Source: an uncultured Candidatus Saccharibacteria bacterium (GTDB lineage: Bacteria > Patescibacteriota > Minisyncoccia > Phycocordibacterales > Phycocordibacteraceae). Taken from it: 64,000 bases of DNA. The stretch is taken from NCBI GenBank assembly GCA_964593365.1, contig CAZQGQ010000001.1:178384-242383 (forward strand). The letters run 5' to 3'. Position numbers and translations under genes: made by a program. Positions 8,746-17,851 of the stretch are shown piece by piece; the first letter of the stretch is position 1; each line of letters starts with the position of its first letter. Under the pieces are notes generated by a model that searched no databases, was not told the DNA's origin, and worked only from the letters and a program-made list of their open reading frames with translations.

Positions 8746-9522
8746 TCACTTCGATCCTTTTTGTCTCCAGAGAAAGTCGAAATATCGTTGGTAATTCTTT
8801 GCGATCTCGGAGTTGATTATCTCAACGACAAAATACGACCCGATATACGAGCGAATAGCGATGCGATCATCCATAATCGCCGTGCAACTCGTGTCGCTTG
8901 TGATAAGTGGATTCTGTTTGAACTCAGTTAAGCCCTTCGTTGTCTTGGCGTACGTTCGGTCTTTAGCCATAACGTCAGGAACGATATGCTTCAAATGGAG
9001 TTTCTTTTGCTTTTGCAGATCTGCGAGTTCTTCAACTACCCCGGGACCCATAATGTCGTACCACTGCGGGGACACACCAAGAAAGCGAAGGGTGCTACCG
9101 ACTTTCGCATTTCCGTACGTTCTGCGCTCGTGTTGTCGTATCTCATCTATTCCTTCGTACACGACAATCCCTTGGGCACTGCCTTTTGAAAGGGAAGAGA
9201 GTTCTCTGATAGCGTCTTTTGCGACGGCCTCCTTCTCATGGATCGCACTTAAGAGCTGAATGGGTGGGAGCGCTCGGTATACGGCAACCCCTTTTATTTG
9301 GGATACGGATATAAGCTTCTTATCAACAAGTTCCGAAAGAGCCGTGTATACAAGATTTCGGTGAAGTCCCGTGCTTTTGATAAGTTCTCCCGCTTTAGCC
9401 TCGCCTTCGCGCGAGAGTTTCAGATACACCGTTGACTGGTTGGGAGTAAGCCCGACCTTTTGCAAGTTCTGATATAAGGCTGTCATCAGGTATATGATAG
9501 CGTTCGCATAAACCAGTGTCAA
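8746..9522 (-). CDS. TrmB-family transcriptional regulator (N-terminal wHTH)
   Basis: N-terminal 'LTPNQSTVYLKLSREGEAKAGELIKSTGLHRNLVYTALSELVDKKLI' HTH typical of the TrmB family; gene lies in a lower-GC segment. Confidence 0.55.
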   Translation of the reverse strand: MTLVYANAIIYLMTALYQNLQKVGLTPNQSTVYLKLSREGEAKAGELIKSTGLHRNLVYTALSELVDKKLISVSQIKGVAVYRALPPIQLLSAIHEKEAVAKDAIRELSSLSKGSAQGIVVYEGIDEIRQHERRTYGNAKVGSTLRFLGVSPQWYDIMGPGVVEELADLQKQKKLHLKHIVPDVMAKDRTYAKTTKGLTEFKQNPLITSDTSCTAIMDDRIAIRSYIGSYFVVEIINSEIAKNYQRYFDFLWRQKGSK

Positions 9523-9592
9523 TATGACAAAGCTGTCATAAGGGGAGGTGTCATCATAAATATGTTGACTTTACTGGATTTTCTATGATATT

Positions 9593-10015
9593 TTGCCCTC
9601 GCTACATATGACACATTCAACACCGACATCGACAGGCGACCCGTTCGGTTACTTACTTACCCTTGACCTATACGGGTGCCAAGAAGGCGCCTGTGATGAT
9701 CTTGATCTCTGTTATCGCTTCCTTGTTGATCTTGTAGAGAAGCTTGGCATGCATAAACAGTCACCGCCTTTCATATTCAGAAGCGACGAACAGAAGTATC
9801 CAGATAAAGCAGGTCTCTCCGGATGGGTTCCGCTCATAGAAAGCGGTATTCAGATACACACACTTATCCCGAAAAACTTCATATCAGTCGACGTTTACTC
9901 ATGTAGGGAGTTCTCGACAGATGAAATCGCCGAATTTGCCAAAGGATACTTCGCCTGCGAGGAGGTCGAGATGAACTTTGTCCTTCGAGGTTTGAAATAT
10001 AACCAAATAACCTAA
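9593..10015 (+). CDS. speH: S-adenosylmethionine decarboxylase proenzyme, small bacterial/archaeal class (pyruvoyl-dependent)
   Basis: Aligns by eye to B. subtilis SpeD: 'LYGC', processing-site 'ESG' and 'IQIHTLIPKNFISVDVYSCRE' (cf. [24 protein letters not shown]). Confidence 0.65.
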   Translation: MPSLHMTHSTPTSTGDPFGYLLTLDLYGCQEGACDDLDLCYRFLVDLVEKLGMHKQSPPFIFRSDEQKYPDKAGLSGWVPLIESGIQIHTLIPKNFISVDVYSCREFSTDEIAEFAKGYFACEEVEMNFVLRGLKYNQIT

Positions 10016-10020
10016 ATCTC

Positions 10021-10836
10021 ATGACTCGCCCTGAAATGCCGTCTTCTGTAGAAACAGATCTTTCTGCGATTGAGAGCAAGGACTTCGGTACCTATTGGTA
10101 CTTGGTCCAGAAGTTCTATCACGAGAAGTTCTTCAACTCAGACTATCTGGGAAGCCTTATTGCGTATCTCGATAAACTACAGCCAGCTAGGGTCCTTGAT
10201 GCTTCCTGTGGCATTGGGTATCCAGCTATTGAACTGGCTCAGCATGGTTTCAATATCACCTGCAGTGACGGCGACGAATCGCTTCTCCGGGTATTTGAAA
10301 AGCGATTGAGAGAGAGCGATGTTGCGATACCCATCCATCACGCTCGTTGGGCAGAGCTCCCAGAAAAAATAGATGGAACGTTTCCGATTGTCCTGTGTCT
10401 TGATAGTTCGATAACGTATGCAAACTCATGGGGAAGTGAAGGAGAAATAAATCTGCCTCAGACTCGGGAAGAGATACGTAAATCCCTTCAGGGTTTCTAC
10501 GACATGCTCGAACCTGGGGGCAAAGCCGTAATAGGCCTTGGTGAGTACGCCTTTACCGATGATCGGGTAGAGGGAAAGATCGTCGATCTAGGCACCCAAG
10601 CGATAGGAGGCCAGACCGTTCAGCTTGTCTGGAAGCTTGAGTTTGACTATGAACAGAAGAAGAAAACCTGGCACTCAGTCTTCACTACTAACGGTAGAGA
10701 ATATACGCGGACATTCTATAGCTACATGCTCATGGCAGACGAGCTTGAGGAGCTATTACGAGAGGTTGGATTCACCGCTATAGAAACTGAGCCAACTCCG
10801 GGCGGGTACGACAGAAACGTTATCGCAACAAAATAG
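10021..10836 (+). CDS. class I SAM-dependent methyltransferase, glycine/sarcosine N-methyltransferase-like
   Basis: 'RVLDASCGIGYPAIELAQHGFNITCSDGDESLLRVFEKR' parallels GNMT '[40 protein letters not shown]'; downstream 'LCLDSS..GGKAVIG' also parallels GNMT. Confidence 0.6.
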   Translation: MTRPEMPSSVETDLSAIESKDFGTYWYLVQKFYHEKFFNSDYLGSLIAYLDKLQPARVLDASCGIGYPAIELAQHGFNITCSDGDESLLRVFEKRLRESDVAIPIHHARWAELPEKIDGTFPIVLCLDSSITYANSWGSEGEINLPQTREEIRKSLQGFYDMLEPGGKAVIGLGEYAFTDDRVEGKIVDLGTQAIGGQTVQLVWKLEFDYEQKKKTWHSVFTTNGREYTRTFYSYMLMADELEELLREVGFTAIETEPTPGGYDRNVIATK

Positions 10837-10840
10837 ACAT

Positions 10841-10866
10841 CGGTTCAATCCCGTCGATGGCTCCCG
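10841..10866 (+). repeat. direct repeat of the 3' end (T-arm plus acceptor) of tRNA-Thr(CGU); putative attR-like duplication
   Basis: 'cggttcaatcccgtcgatggctccc' vs tRNA 3' end 'cggttcaatcccggccgatggctcca' (8716-8742); 24/26 identity. Confidence 0.6.
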
Positions 10867-10896
10867 AGAGTTAGCAACATACGTTAATATAGGGGA

Positions 10897-11268
10897 ATGG
10901 CAGGCAATAACGGACGTAATGGACCTCCCCCTCCACCAAAACCCCTAGAAGATTGGGAGCGAATCGATAGGATACGGCGCATTCTTGAAGATCTCGAGCA
11001 GGAGGATCAGCACCAAGAGCAGAGTATTGCGTCGCAGGAAGAGCAGGTTGCAATCGATGAGAGCGAGACAAAGCGCCTTTATGATTCATGGGCAGGCGTG
11101 CCGGAGGGGAAAGAAAAGTTTAAGAAGAGCATGGAAGAGCATATTGCCGCCAAGCGGAAAGAGATCGCGCGCCGTCGCGAGGTGCTTAAGGAAAGCAAAG
11201 AAGGGATAAAGAAGTTGAAGGAGGAGCTTGAGCAAATCGCTCGAAACCTTGATGTAACCAAGCACTAG
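10897..11268 (+). CDS. hypothetical coiled-coil protein with N-terminal poly-Pro tract
   Basis: 123-aa charged helical ORF ending 5 nt before prfB, in the -1 frame relative to it. Confidence 0.4.
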   Translation: MAGNNGRNGPPPPPKPLEDWERIDRIRRILEDLEQEDQHQEQSIASQEEQVAIDESETKRLYDSWAGVPEGKEKFKKSMEEHIAAKRKEIARRREVLKESKEGIKKLKEELEQIARNLDVTKH

Positions 11269-11279
11269 GATTGTTTTCT

Positions 11280-12158
11280 ATGGCCGACGAAACAGTTAAT
11301 CCCCGCATTCTTGAGATTGAAGTGATGATGATGGAGCCCGATTTCTGGGCGGACAAAGACGCTGCGCAGAAAATCGTGCGCGAGTACCAGGCGTTGAAAG
11401 ACGGAGGCACGGGAGACCCGCTTCAAGACGGGGACGCGACGCTTGCAGTTCTTGCGGGAGCTGGCGGAGACGACGCGGAAGATTTTGCCGCGATGCTAAA
11501 ACGCATGTACGAAGGGTACGCGAAGATAAAAGGATGGGGCGTACGCTTACTAGATGAGAACGAGAACTCGCAGGGCGGATATCGAAGCGTTCTGCTTGAG
11601 ATCAAAGGTTCTGGCGTATACGGCCGTCTGAAGCATGAGGCGGGCGTGCATCGCCTTGTCCGCATCTCTCCTTTTAATGCAAACGATAAGCGTCAGACGT
11701 CCTTTGCGATGGTCGAGGTGCATCCGACGGAAGCTCCTAAAGATAAGATCGAGCTTAAGGCCGATGACCTCGACATCCAGTTCGCGCGCTCAGGAGGGGC
11801 AGGCGGACAGAACGTAAACAAACGAGAGACCGCAGTACGCATCGTGCACACCCCGACGGGGATAAGCGCTCACGTCTCAAGCGAGCGGAGCCAACTGGCT
11901 AACCGAGAGAAGGCCATGGAGCTCGTGAAGGCAAAGCTCTACAAGCTTCAGGAGGAAGAGCGTGAAGCGGAGACCGCAGGACGCACGCTTTCTAAGACGA
12001 CGGCGAACGAATGGGGCAGCCAGCGCCGTTCCTACGTCCTCCACCCCTATAAGATGGTGAAAGACCACGCCTCAGGGCACGAATCGGGGAATCCGGATGC
12101 GGTATTAGCTGGTGAGCTTGATGATTTTATAGACGCAGCTTCCGCGGGTGGGGTATAA
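11280..12158 (+). CDS. prfB: peptide chain release factor 2 (short form, no canonical +1 frameshift site)
   Basis: GGQ motif '[11 protein letters not shown]' and the RF2-specific 'SPF' tripeptide. ATG 11280 has AGGA 9 nt upstream (an alternative TTG start is at 11271). An in-frame TGA at 11250 blocks upstream extension. Confidence 0.8.
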   Translation: MADETVNPRILEIEVMMMEPDFWADKDAAQKIVREYQALKDGGTGDPLQDGDATLAVLAGAGGDDAEDFAAMLKRMYEGYAKIKGWGVRLLDENENSQGGYRSVLLEIKGSGVYGRLKHEAGVHRLVRISPFNANDKRQTSFAMVEVHPTEAPKDKIELKADDLDIQFARSGGAGGQNVNKRETAVRIVHTPTGISAHVSSERSQLANREKAMELVKAKLYKLQEEEREAETAGRTLSKTTANEWGSQRRSYVLHPYKMVKDHASGHESGNPDAVLAGELDDFIDAASAGGV

Positions 12159-12168
12159 TGCACCGGAC

Positions 12169-12849
12169 ATGATTTATTTCGACAATGTGACGAAGACGTA
12201 CCGCGACGGTACTCCCGCTCTTGATGAGATAACGCTCTCCATCTCTCCAAAAGAATTCGTCTCCATTGTCGGACACTCGGGCGCAGGCAAGACAACGCTC
12301 CTCAAGATGCTTCTCGTTGAGGATCATCCAACTACAGGCTCTGTCTTTTTTGAATCGACCGACATACATACGCTTCCGAAGAACTCCCTCCACCACTATC
12401 GCCGCAAGATCGGCACCGTCTTCCAGGATTTCCGCTTGATCCCGCACCGAACTGCCTACGAGAACATCGCGTTTGCGATGGAAGCCGCAGGACGCGCAGA
12501 CGATGAGATCGCGTCAGACGTTCCCTACATTCTTGATCTCGTTGACCTTGGAGATAAGGCGAATCATTTCCCTAACCAGCTCTCCGGAGGGGAGCAGCAG
12601 CGCGTTGCGATCGGCCGCGCGATCATCAACCAGCCGGACGTTATCGTCGCGGATGAGCCGACCGGAAACTTGGATCCGGTTAACACTTATGACGTCATTG
12701 AAATCTTGAAGAAGATTAACGAGCTCGGCACGACCGTCATCATCACGACGCACAATAAGGGCGTCGTTGATTCTGTCGGCAAGCGCGTCATCACGATGGA
12801 CAAGGGACGCGTGGTGCGAGACGACGCTAACGGCCGCTATAGCCTATAA
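12169..12849 (+). CDS. ftsE: cell division ATP-binding protein FtsE
   Basis: Walker A 'GHSGAGKTT', ABC signature 'LSGGEQQR', Walker B 'ADEPTGNLD'; immediately upstream of ftsX. Confidence 0.85.
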   Translation: MIYFDNVTKTYRDGTPALDEITLSISPKEFVSIVGHSGAGKTTLLKMLLVEDHPTTGSVFFESTDIHTLPKNSLHHYRRKIGTVFQDFRLIPHRTAYENIAFAMEAAGRADDEIASDVPYILDLVDLGDKANHFPNQLSGGEQQRVAIGRAIINQPDVIVADEPTGNLDPVNTYDVIEILKKINELGTTVIITTHNKGVVDSVGKRVITMDKGRVVRDDANGRYSL

Positions 12850-12851
12850 CT

Positions 12852-13778
12852 ATGAACTGGATGACCCTCAAGCGAATTGCAATTAACGGAGCGAGAAGCT
12901 TCGCGAGAAGCGGTGCGGTTTCGTTTGCGACCGTGCTCATCATGACCGTTACCTTGGGCATCATCGGCCTCTTGGTATTCTTGTCTGCTCTTTTGACCTA
13001 CACGCTGAACGAAATCAAGGATAAAGTCGACGTCAACATCTACTTTGCTACAAGCGCTGCAGAAAGCGACATCGTCGCGCTCCAGAAGGATTTGACTGAG
13101 CTTCCTGAAGTCGAGCGCGTTACCTATACCTCTCGCGAACAAGCACTCGAGGAGTTCCGCGAGCGCCATGCTGGCGATCAGCTCACCCTCCAGGCCCTCG
13201 AAGAGCTTGGTGATAACCCCCTTGGGGCCTCCCTTGCTGTTAAGGCCAAGGATCCTTCCCAGTACGAGCGCATCGTTACGTTCCTTGAGGATGAGCCTGC
13301 GCTCTCAGGAGATGGCACATCGATCATCGACCGCGTGAACTATTTCCAGAATAAGCTCGTGATTGACCGCCTCACAGGCGCTATCCGGGCAACGGAAGCC
13401 GCAGGCGCCCTCATCGTCATACTCTTTGCGCTTGCCTCAGCGGTCATCACCTTTGCTACCGTTCGTCTTGCCATCTACACGACTCGAGACGAGATCGGGG
13501 TCATGCGCCTCATGGGAGCCTCGAACTTCTTCATTCGCGGTCCGTTCATCGTGACGGGCATCATGGCAGGCGTTATCGCAGCCGTCATCGTCCTGGTCGC
13601 CCTCTATCCGATCTCCTGGTACGCAGGATCTGCGACAGCATCATGGCTTGGCGGATTCAACGTCTTCACGTACTACACTGCAAACTTCCCGCTCTTCTTC
13701 CTGACGCTTGTAGGAGCAGGTGTGTTGCTTGGAGGACTCGCAAGCTTCTTCGCCGTCCGTCGGTATCTCAAGATCTAA
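12852..13778 (+). CDS. ftsX: cell division permease FtsX
   Basis: 4-TM topology with a large periplasmic loop; directly follows ftsE. Confidence 0.8.
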   Translation: MNWMTLKRIAINGARSFARSGAVSFATVLIMTVTLGIIGLLVFLSALLTYTLNEIKDKVDVNIYFATSAAESDIVALQKDLTELPEVERVTYTSREQALEEFRERHAGDQLTLQALEELGDNPLGASLAVKAKDPSQYERIVTFLEDEPALSGDGTSIIDRVNYFQNKLVIDRLTGAIRATEAAGALIVILFALASAVITFATVRLAIYTTRDEIGVMRLMGASNFFIRGPFIVTGIMAGVIAAVIVLVALYPISWYAGSATASWLGGFNVFTYYTANFPLFFLTLVGAGVLLGGLASFFAVRRYLKI

Positions 13779-13779
13779 T

Positions 13780-15453
13780 ATGGCCATCAAAGGACACAAA
13801 TACATATTCGTCATCGGCGGAGTAATGTCGGGTGTCGGGAAAGGGATCGCCACATCTTCGATCGGCCTTATTTTGAATAGACGCGGGTTTGAAGTGAATC
13901 TTGCAAAGATTGATCCGTACTTGAACGTTGATGCGGGCACGATGAATCCGACAGAGCACGGTGAAGTGTTCGTGCTTAACTCGGGGCTTGAGACCGATCA
14001 AGATATGGGCAACTACGAGCGATTCCTTGGGCGCGACCTTGAGGCGCAAGACTACATGACCTCCGGCATGGTGTATCAGTCGGTGATCGCTCGCGAGCGA
14101 GCGCTTGAATACGGAGGCAAGTGCGTCGAGGCGGTCCCGCATGTCCGCGATGAAATTCTTCGAAGAATCGAATCCGCAGCTGCGCATAACGGAAGCCAGA
14201 TCTCGGTTATCGAAGTTGGAGGAACCGTAGGGGATTTCCAGAACGCTCTCTTTATAGACGCTGCTCGCGTTTTGAAGGCAAAGCATCCGGGAGACGTTCT
14301 TTTCGTGCTGGTGTCCTATCTTCCGGTTCCCTCGACTATCGGAGAGATGAAGACGCGACCGACCCAGCATGCTATCCGCGAGCTCTCAAGCTATGGCGTC
14401 CAGGCAGACTTCATCGTCGCTCGCGCGAACATGCCCCTCGATGACAAGCGCAAGGAGAAGCTTGCTATCTCGTGCTCGGTGCTTCCTGAGCGAATCATCT
14501 CCGCTCCTGACGTTGAATCAATCTATGACGTGCCGCTTAACTTTGAGAAGGATAACCTCGGAGACCTTCTGCTTGATGCACTCTCTCTTTCCACGTCAAA
14601 GCGAGCAAATCTTTCTGACTGGGAAGCGTTCGTGAAGCGCACGAAGATCAAGGAGCCGACGGTGTCGATTGGTATCGTAGGGAAGTATTTCGATACGGGT
14701 GACTTCGTCCTTTCAGACGCGTATCTTTCAGTCATAGAAGCTATCAAGTTCTCAGCCGCTGAGATAGGAGTAAAGGCGAACATTACCTGGTTGAATTCGA
14801 AAGATTCGAAAGCCCACGACGGGACAATGCAGGGCTGGGACGGCGAACGCTTGAAGGAGCTCGACCAGTTCGATGGAATCATCGTGCCGGGAGGGTTTGG
14901 CGAAACCGGCATTGAGGGCAAGATACGCGTTATCCAATACGCGAGAGAGAAGAAGATTCCATACTTCGGGCTCTGCTACGGCATGCAGCTTGCAGTCATT
15001 GAGTTCTGCCGTAACGTGCTCGGCCTCACAAATGCCCACACGGTTGAGATTAATCCTGCAACCGAGCATCCGATCGTTGATGTGATGCCTGAACAGAAAG
15101 ACGTGATCGCCCAGAGTAACTACGGCGGCACCATGCGCCTTGGGTCATATACCGCGGAGATCAAGAAAGGGACCATCGCTCGGGAAGCGTATGGCAAGGA
15201 CAAGGTAGAAGAGCGCCACCGCCACCGCTACGAGATCAATCCCGAGTATGTGGAGCAGATCGCCAAAGGAGGAATGACCTTCTCTGGAACCTCTCCAGAC
15301 GGCGTTCTCATGGAAATCGCTGAGCTTCCCAAAGACGTGCACCCATTCTTTCTTGGAACCCAGTTCCATCCAGAGCTCATAGCGCGCCCACTTACTCCGC
15401 ATCCGTTGTTCACGCAGTTCCTCAAAGCAGCGAAAGAGCGTTCAGGCAAATAG
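13780..15453 (+). CDS. pyrG: CTP synthase
   Basis: N-terminal 'KYIFVIGGVMSGVGKGI' and a C-terminal glutamine amidotransferase domain ('GLCYGMQ', 'HRHRYEIN'). Start moved to ATG 13780. Confidence 0.9.
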   Translation: MAIKGHKYIFVIGGVMSGVGKGIATSSIGLILNRRGFEVNLAKIDPYLNVDAGTMNPTEHGEVFVLNSGLETDQDMGNYERFLGRDLEAQDYMTSGMVYQSVIARERALEYGGKCVEAVPHVRDEILRRIESAAAHNGSQISVIEVGGTVGDFQNALFIDAARVLKAKHPGDVLFVLVSYLPVPSTIGEMKTRPTQHAIRELSSYGVQADFIVARANMPLDDKRKEKLAISCSVLPERIISAPDVESIYDVPLNFEKDNLGDLLLDALSLSTSKRANLSDWEAFVKRTKIKEPTVSIGIVGKYFDTGDFVLSDAYLSVIEAIKFSAAEIGVKANITWLNSKDSKAHDGTMQGWDGERLKELDQFDGIIVPGGFGETGIEGKIRVIQYAREKKIPYFGLCYGMQLAVIEFCRNVLGLTNAHTVEINPATEHPIVDVMPEQKDVIAQSNYGGTMRLGSYTAEIKKGTIAREAYGKDKVEERHRHRYEINPEYVEQIAKGGMTFSGTSPDGVLMEIAELPKDVHPFFLGTQFHPELIARPLTPHPLFTQFLKAAKERSGK

Positions 15454-15563
15454 CCAAAACCCGCACTTTCGTACGGGCCTTGGGCTAGTGGATTAAGAGC
15501 GCAACATTGCGCCCCGTGCGGATCCCGTACACCTGCGCAAGGCACACGGACCGCAACAAAGAA

Positions 15564-15587
15564 CAAAAAGGCGTACGGCAGGTACGC
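15564..15587 (-). terminator. rho-independent terminator for the kinase/regulator operon (GCGTAC-ggcag-GTACGC plus U-run on the minus strand)
   Basis: Hairpin and T-tract read on the minus strand just downstream of the kinase stop. Confidence 0.45.
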
Positions 15588-15632
15588 GTACGTACTATTG
15601 CACCATGCACCCAGTGAGGTGTCGATGAAGTT

Positions 15633-16799
15633 CTACTTTGAGAAGTCGATTGCTATCTCTCCTGGGCCCGATCCCGCTTCTTTCTCTTTGCGGTTCTTTC
15701 TGCAGGGAAGGGTGATGGTGACGATAGTCCCTTTGCCCAAATCACTTTTAATGGAGATGCTTCCTTTATGAATCTTGACGAGCTCGCTCACGATCGCAAG
15801 CCCGAGCCCCGAGCCTCCGCTGGCACGGTTTCTCGACTGGTCGCCTCGATAAAAGGGCTCGAAGATCCGGTCCAGGTCCTTCTCGCCGATACCGACGCCT
15901 GAGTCCTCGACGATAATGTCCATCTGTCCGCGGTAGTTGGGTTCGGTTGAGATCTGGACGGTCCCGCCCACGAGAGAGTAGTTAATGGCATTCTTGACGA
16001 CGTTGGAGACGATCTGTTCGATCGCTGAGGCGTTCCCCCAAACGAAGCAGTAATCGTTCTTGCTTACTACAATGCTTATACGCTTATGCTCAGCGAGGTC
16101 TTCAAGAGAGCTTGCGACACGCTCCAATATAGGGCTCATGTCGACGTTAGAGAATTCCATCTTCTCCGGACGAAGCAAGGCGTTCATTGAAAGGAGGTTG
16201 TTGATGATGTCTGAGATACGGTCGAGCTCTTCGATATTGCTTCGAAGCGTCTCCTGGGTATCCGTATCAAGGCGCTCATTGAAAAGTGCGACCTCGGTAT
16301 TGGTCTTGATGATTGAAAGGGGAGTGCGAAGCTCGTGGGCTACGTTCCCGACAAACTGCTTCTGGCTCTTGAGGGCGTTTCCAGCGGGGACGAGAGCGAT
16401 CCTCGTGATGAGGTAGCCAAACGTTGCAGCTACCGCTAAGACGCCTGAGCCTGCAAGCACCATGGCACGCTGCTTCTCGTACTCGAGGTTGTACGCGATC
16501 ATGGTGCTATCGAGGTTCGGGGCGGTTCCTGAGACGATACTCTTGGCGATGCTGTCGGTGATGCTGCTGATGAGGCCCGTGACGACCTCGTCATACATCA
16601 TAGATAGCGCGAAGAGCATGATGCCGAGCACCACGACGGCGAAGCCGACCTGTAAGAGGACGACGTTCCAGCCGGTTCGATAGAAGATGTCCCTGCGGTA
16701 CCTACGTGCGAAGGCGGTAACCGATTCCGCGAATGGTTTCAAATATGCTTGGAGCGTTCTTCTGATCGAGCTTTTGTCTGAGGTTTTTGATGTGGACAT
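15633..16799 (-). CDS. two-component sensor histidine kinase
   Basis: H-box 'HELRTPLS' and G-box 'GGSGLGLAIV'; 2 N-terminal TM helices. The annotated start overlaps the response regulator by 98 nt, so the true start is probably internal. Confidence 0.8.
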   Translation of the reverse strand: MSTSKTSDKSSIRRTLQAYLKPFAESVTAFARRYRRDIFYRTGWNVVLLQVGFAVVVLGIMLFALSMMYDEVVTGLISSITDSIAKSIVSGTAPNLDSTMIAYNLEYEKQRAMVLAGSGVLAVAATFGYLITRIALVPAGNALKSQKQFVGNVAHELRTPLSIIKTNTEVALFNERLDTDTQETLRSNIEELDRISDIINNLLSMNALLRPEKMEFSNVDMSPILERVASSLEDLAEHKRISIVVSKNDYCFVWGNASAIEQIVSNVVKNAINYSLVGGTVQISTEPNYRGQMDIIVEDSGVGIGEKDLDRIFEPFYRGDQSRNRASGGSGLGLAIVSELVKIHKGSISIKSDLGKGTIVTITLPCRKNRKEKEAGSGPGEIAIDFSK

Positions 16800-17376
16800 C
16801 GACGACGTTGCTGAAGGCTTCGTAATTGAAGTCCCATAGATGCGCGATGAAATCCTCGCGATTTATGACTTCGTTTGGGTGGCGCATGAAGTATTCCAGG
16901 AGCCTGAACTCTTTGAGGGTGAGGGCCACTTCCTTGCCGTCCTTGGTCACCTTGTGCTGCACCGGATCAAGTTCGATGTCGTCAGCCTTGAGGACTGTCG
17001 GCAGCGCTTCCGATGGTCGGCGCAGTATAGCCTGGATGCGAGCGATGAGCTCATCGAAGGAAAACGGCTTCACCATGTAGTCGTCAGCCCCAGCAAGAAG
17101 AAGTTCTACCTTATGTTCGGTTTCGTTTCTCGCTGTTAGGACGAGAATAGGAGTGGTCACCCCCTGTTCCCGGGCTTCTTTGCAGATCTCATTGCCCGTC
17201 TTGGAAGGGAGCATGAGGTCGAGGATGATGAGGTCGTAGTCGCCTGCGTGGACCAGGATCCTCGTGAGGGCCTCCTGGCCGTCCCCAAGCGTGTCTACGG
17301 CGTACCCCTTGGAGGTGAGGCCCTTGGACACGATGTTCGCAAGCTTCGGTTCGTCTTCAACGAGAAGTATTCGCAT
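16702..17376 (-). CDS. OmpR-family response regulator (receiver plus winged-helix)
   Basis: 'MRILLVEDEP..DLIILDLMLP' receiver domain and C-terminal '..GYRLRT' winged helix. Confidence 0.85.
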   Translation of the reverse strand: MRILLVEDEPKLANIVSKGLTSKGYAVDTLGDGQEALTRILVHAGDYDLIILDLMLPSKTGNEICKEAREQGVTTPILVLTARNETEHKVELLLAGADDYMVKPFSFDELIARIQAILRRPSEALPTVLKADDIELDPVQHKVTKDGKEVALTLKEFRLLEYFMRHPNEVINREDFIAHLWDFNYEAFSNVVDVHIKNLRQKLDQKNAPSIFETIRGIGYRLRT

Positions 17377-17437
17377 GGATCCTTGTTAGTGGCGGGTAAG
17401 TATCGCCAGGGCGATAGGGCTACTCTCACAGATGTAC

Positions 17438-17505
17438 CATGAACGCTTCATGAAGCTTCTTCATATTATCATAAAAGAGGGCCTAGATATTGAATATTTC
17501 ATGAA
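17438..17505. promoter_or_regulatory. direct repeats of CATGAA at 11-bp spacing upstream of the response-regulator gene (candidate OmpR-type autoregulatory boxes)
   Basis: CATGAAcgcttCATGAAgcttcttCATattatCAT .. ttCATGAA, read directly 60-130 bp upstream of the regulator start codon. Confidence 0.35.
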
Positions 17506-17575
17506 TATCGATTGAAGAATCGGCTTGACTACGGTATTGTCAGGAAACCACTGGCCACACTGGCCTTTGTGTCTT

Positions 17576-17646
17576 TGCGAGATCGTCTAATGGTAGGACA
17601 ACGGACTCTGAATCCGTTTATCTAGGTTCGAATCCTAGTCTCGCAG
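17576..17646 (+). tRNA. tRNA-Gln (CUG)
   Basis: Acceptor tgcgaga/tctcgca, anticodon stem-loop acgga-cuCUGaa-tccgt, T-arm ctaggttcgaatcctag. Confidence 0.7.
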
Positions 17647-17658
17647 CAGTCATGAATA

Positions 17659-17726
17659 CCCTGTCTGGTGACCTAGACAGGTAACAGTCCGAAACGACCC
17701 GTCTAATGACCTAGACGGGTCGTTTC
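17659..17726 (+). repeat. two tandem hairpins sharing the loop core GACCTAGAC (7-bp stem and 15-bp perfect stem) between tRNA-Gln and the island
   Basis: cCTGTCTggtGACCTAGACAGg and GAAACGACCCGTCTAatGACCTAGACGGGTCGTTTC. Confidence 0.55.
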
Positions 17727-17851
17727 GTTCTATCTACACAAACTACGAAGATAGGTGCTCTTAACGCTATGGGTCAATAGAGATCCATTTATATGGGATC
17801 TTTATTGTGATAGAATTACTGGAAGGTTATATTCAGTAGCCTAACAATTTT

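Noticed and set aside
8598-8931. ORFs 8598-8816 and 8734-8931 spanning the two tRNA-Thr genes
   Set aside because: They overlap clearly foldable tRNAs and have no protein-like features, so they are spurious frame readings.
15454-15632. Possible structured RNA between pyrG and the kinase (repeated CGTACG palindromes, GCGCAA-ca-TTGCGC)
   Set aside because: It could not be folded into a tRNA or a known RNA-family shape. It is most simply explained as convergent terminators; the kinase-side terminator is listed as a feature.
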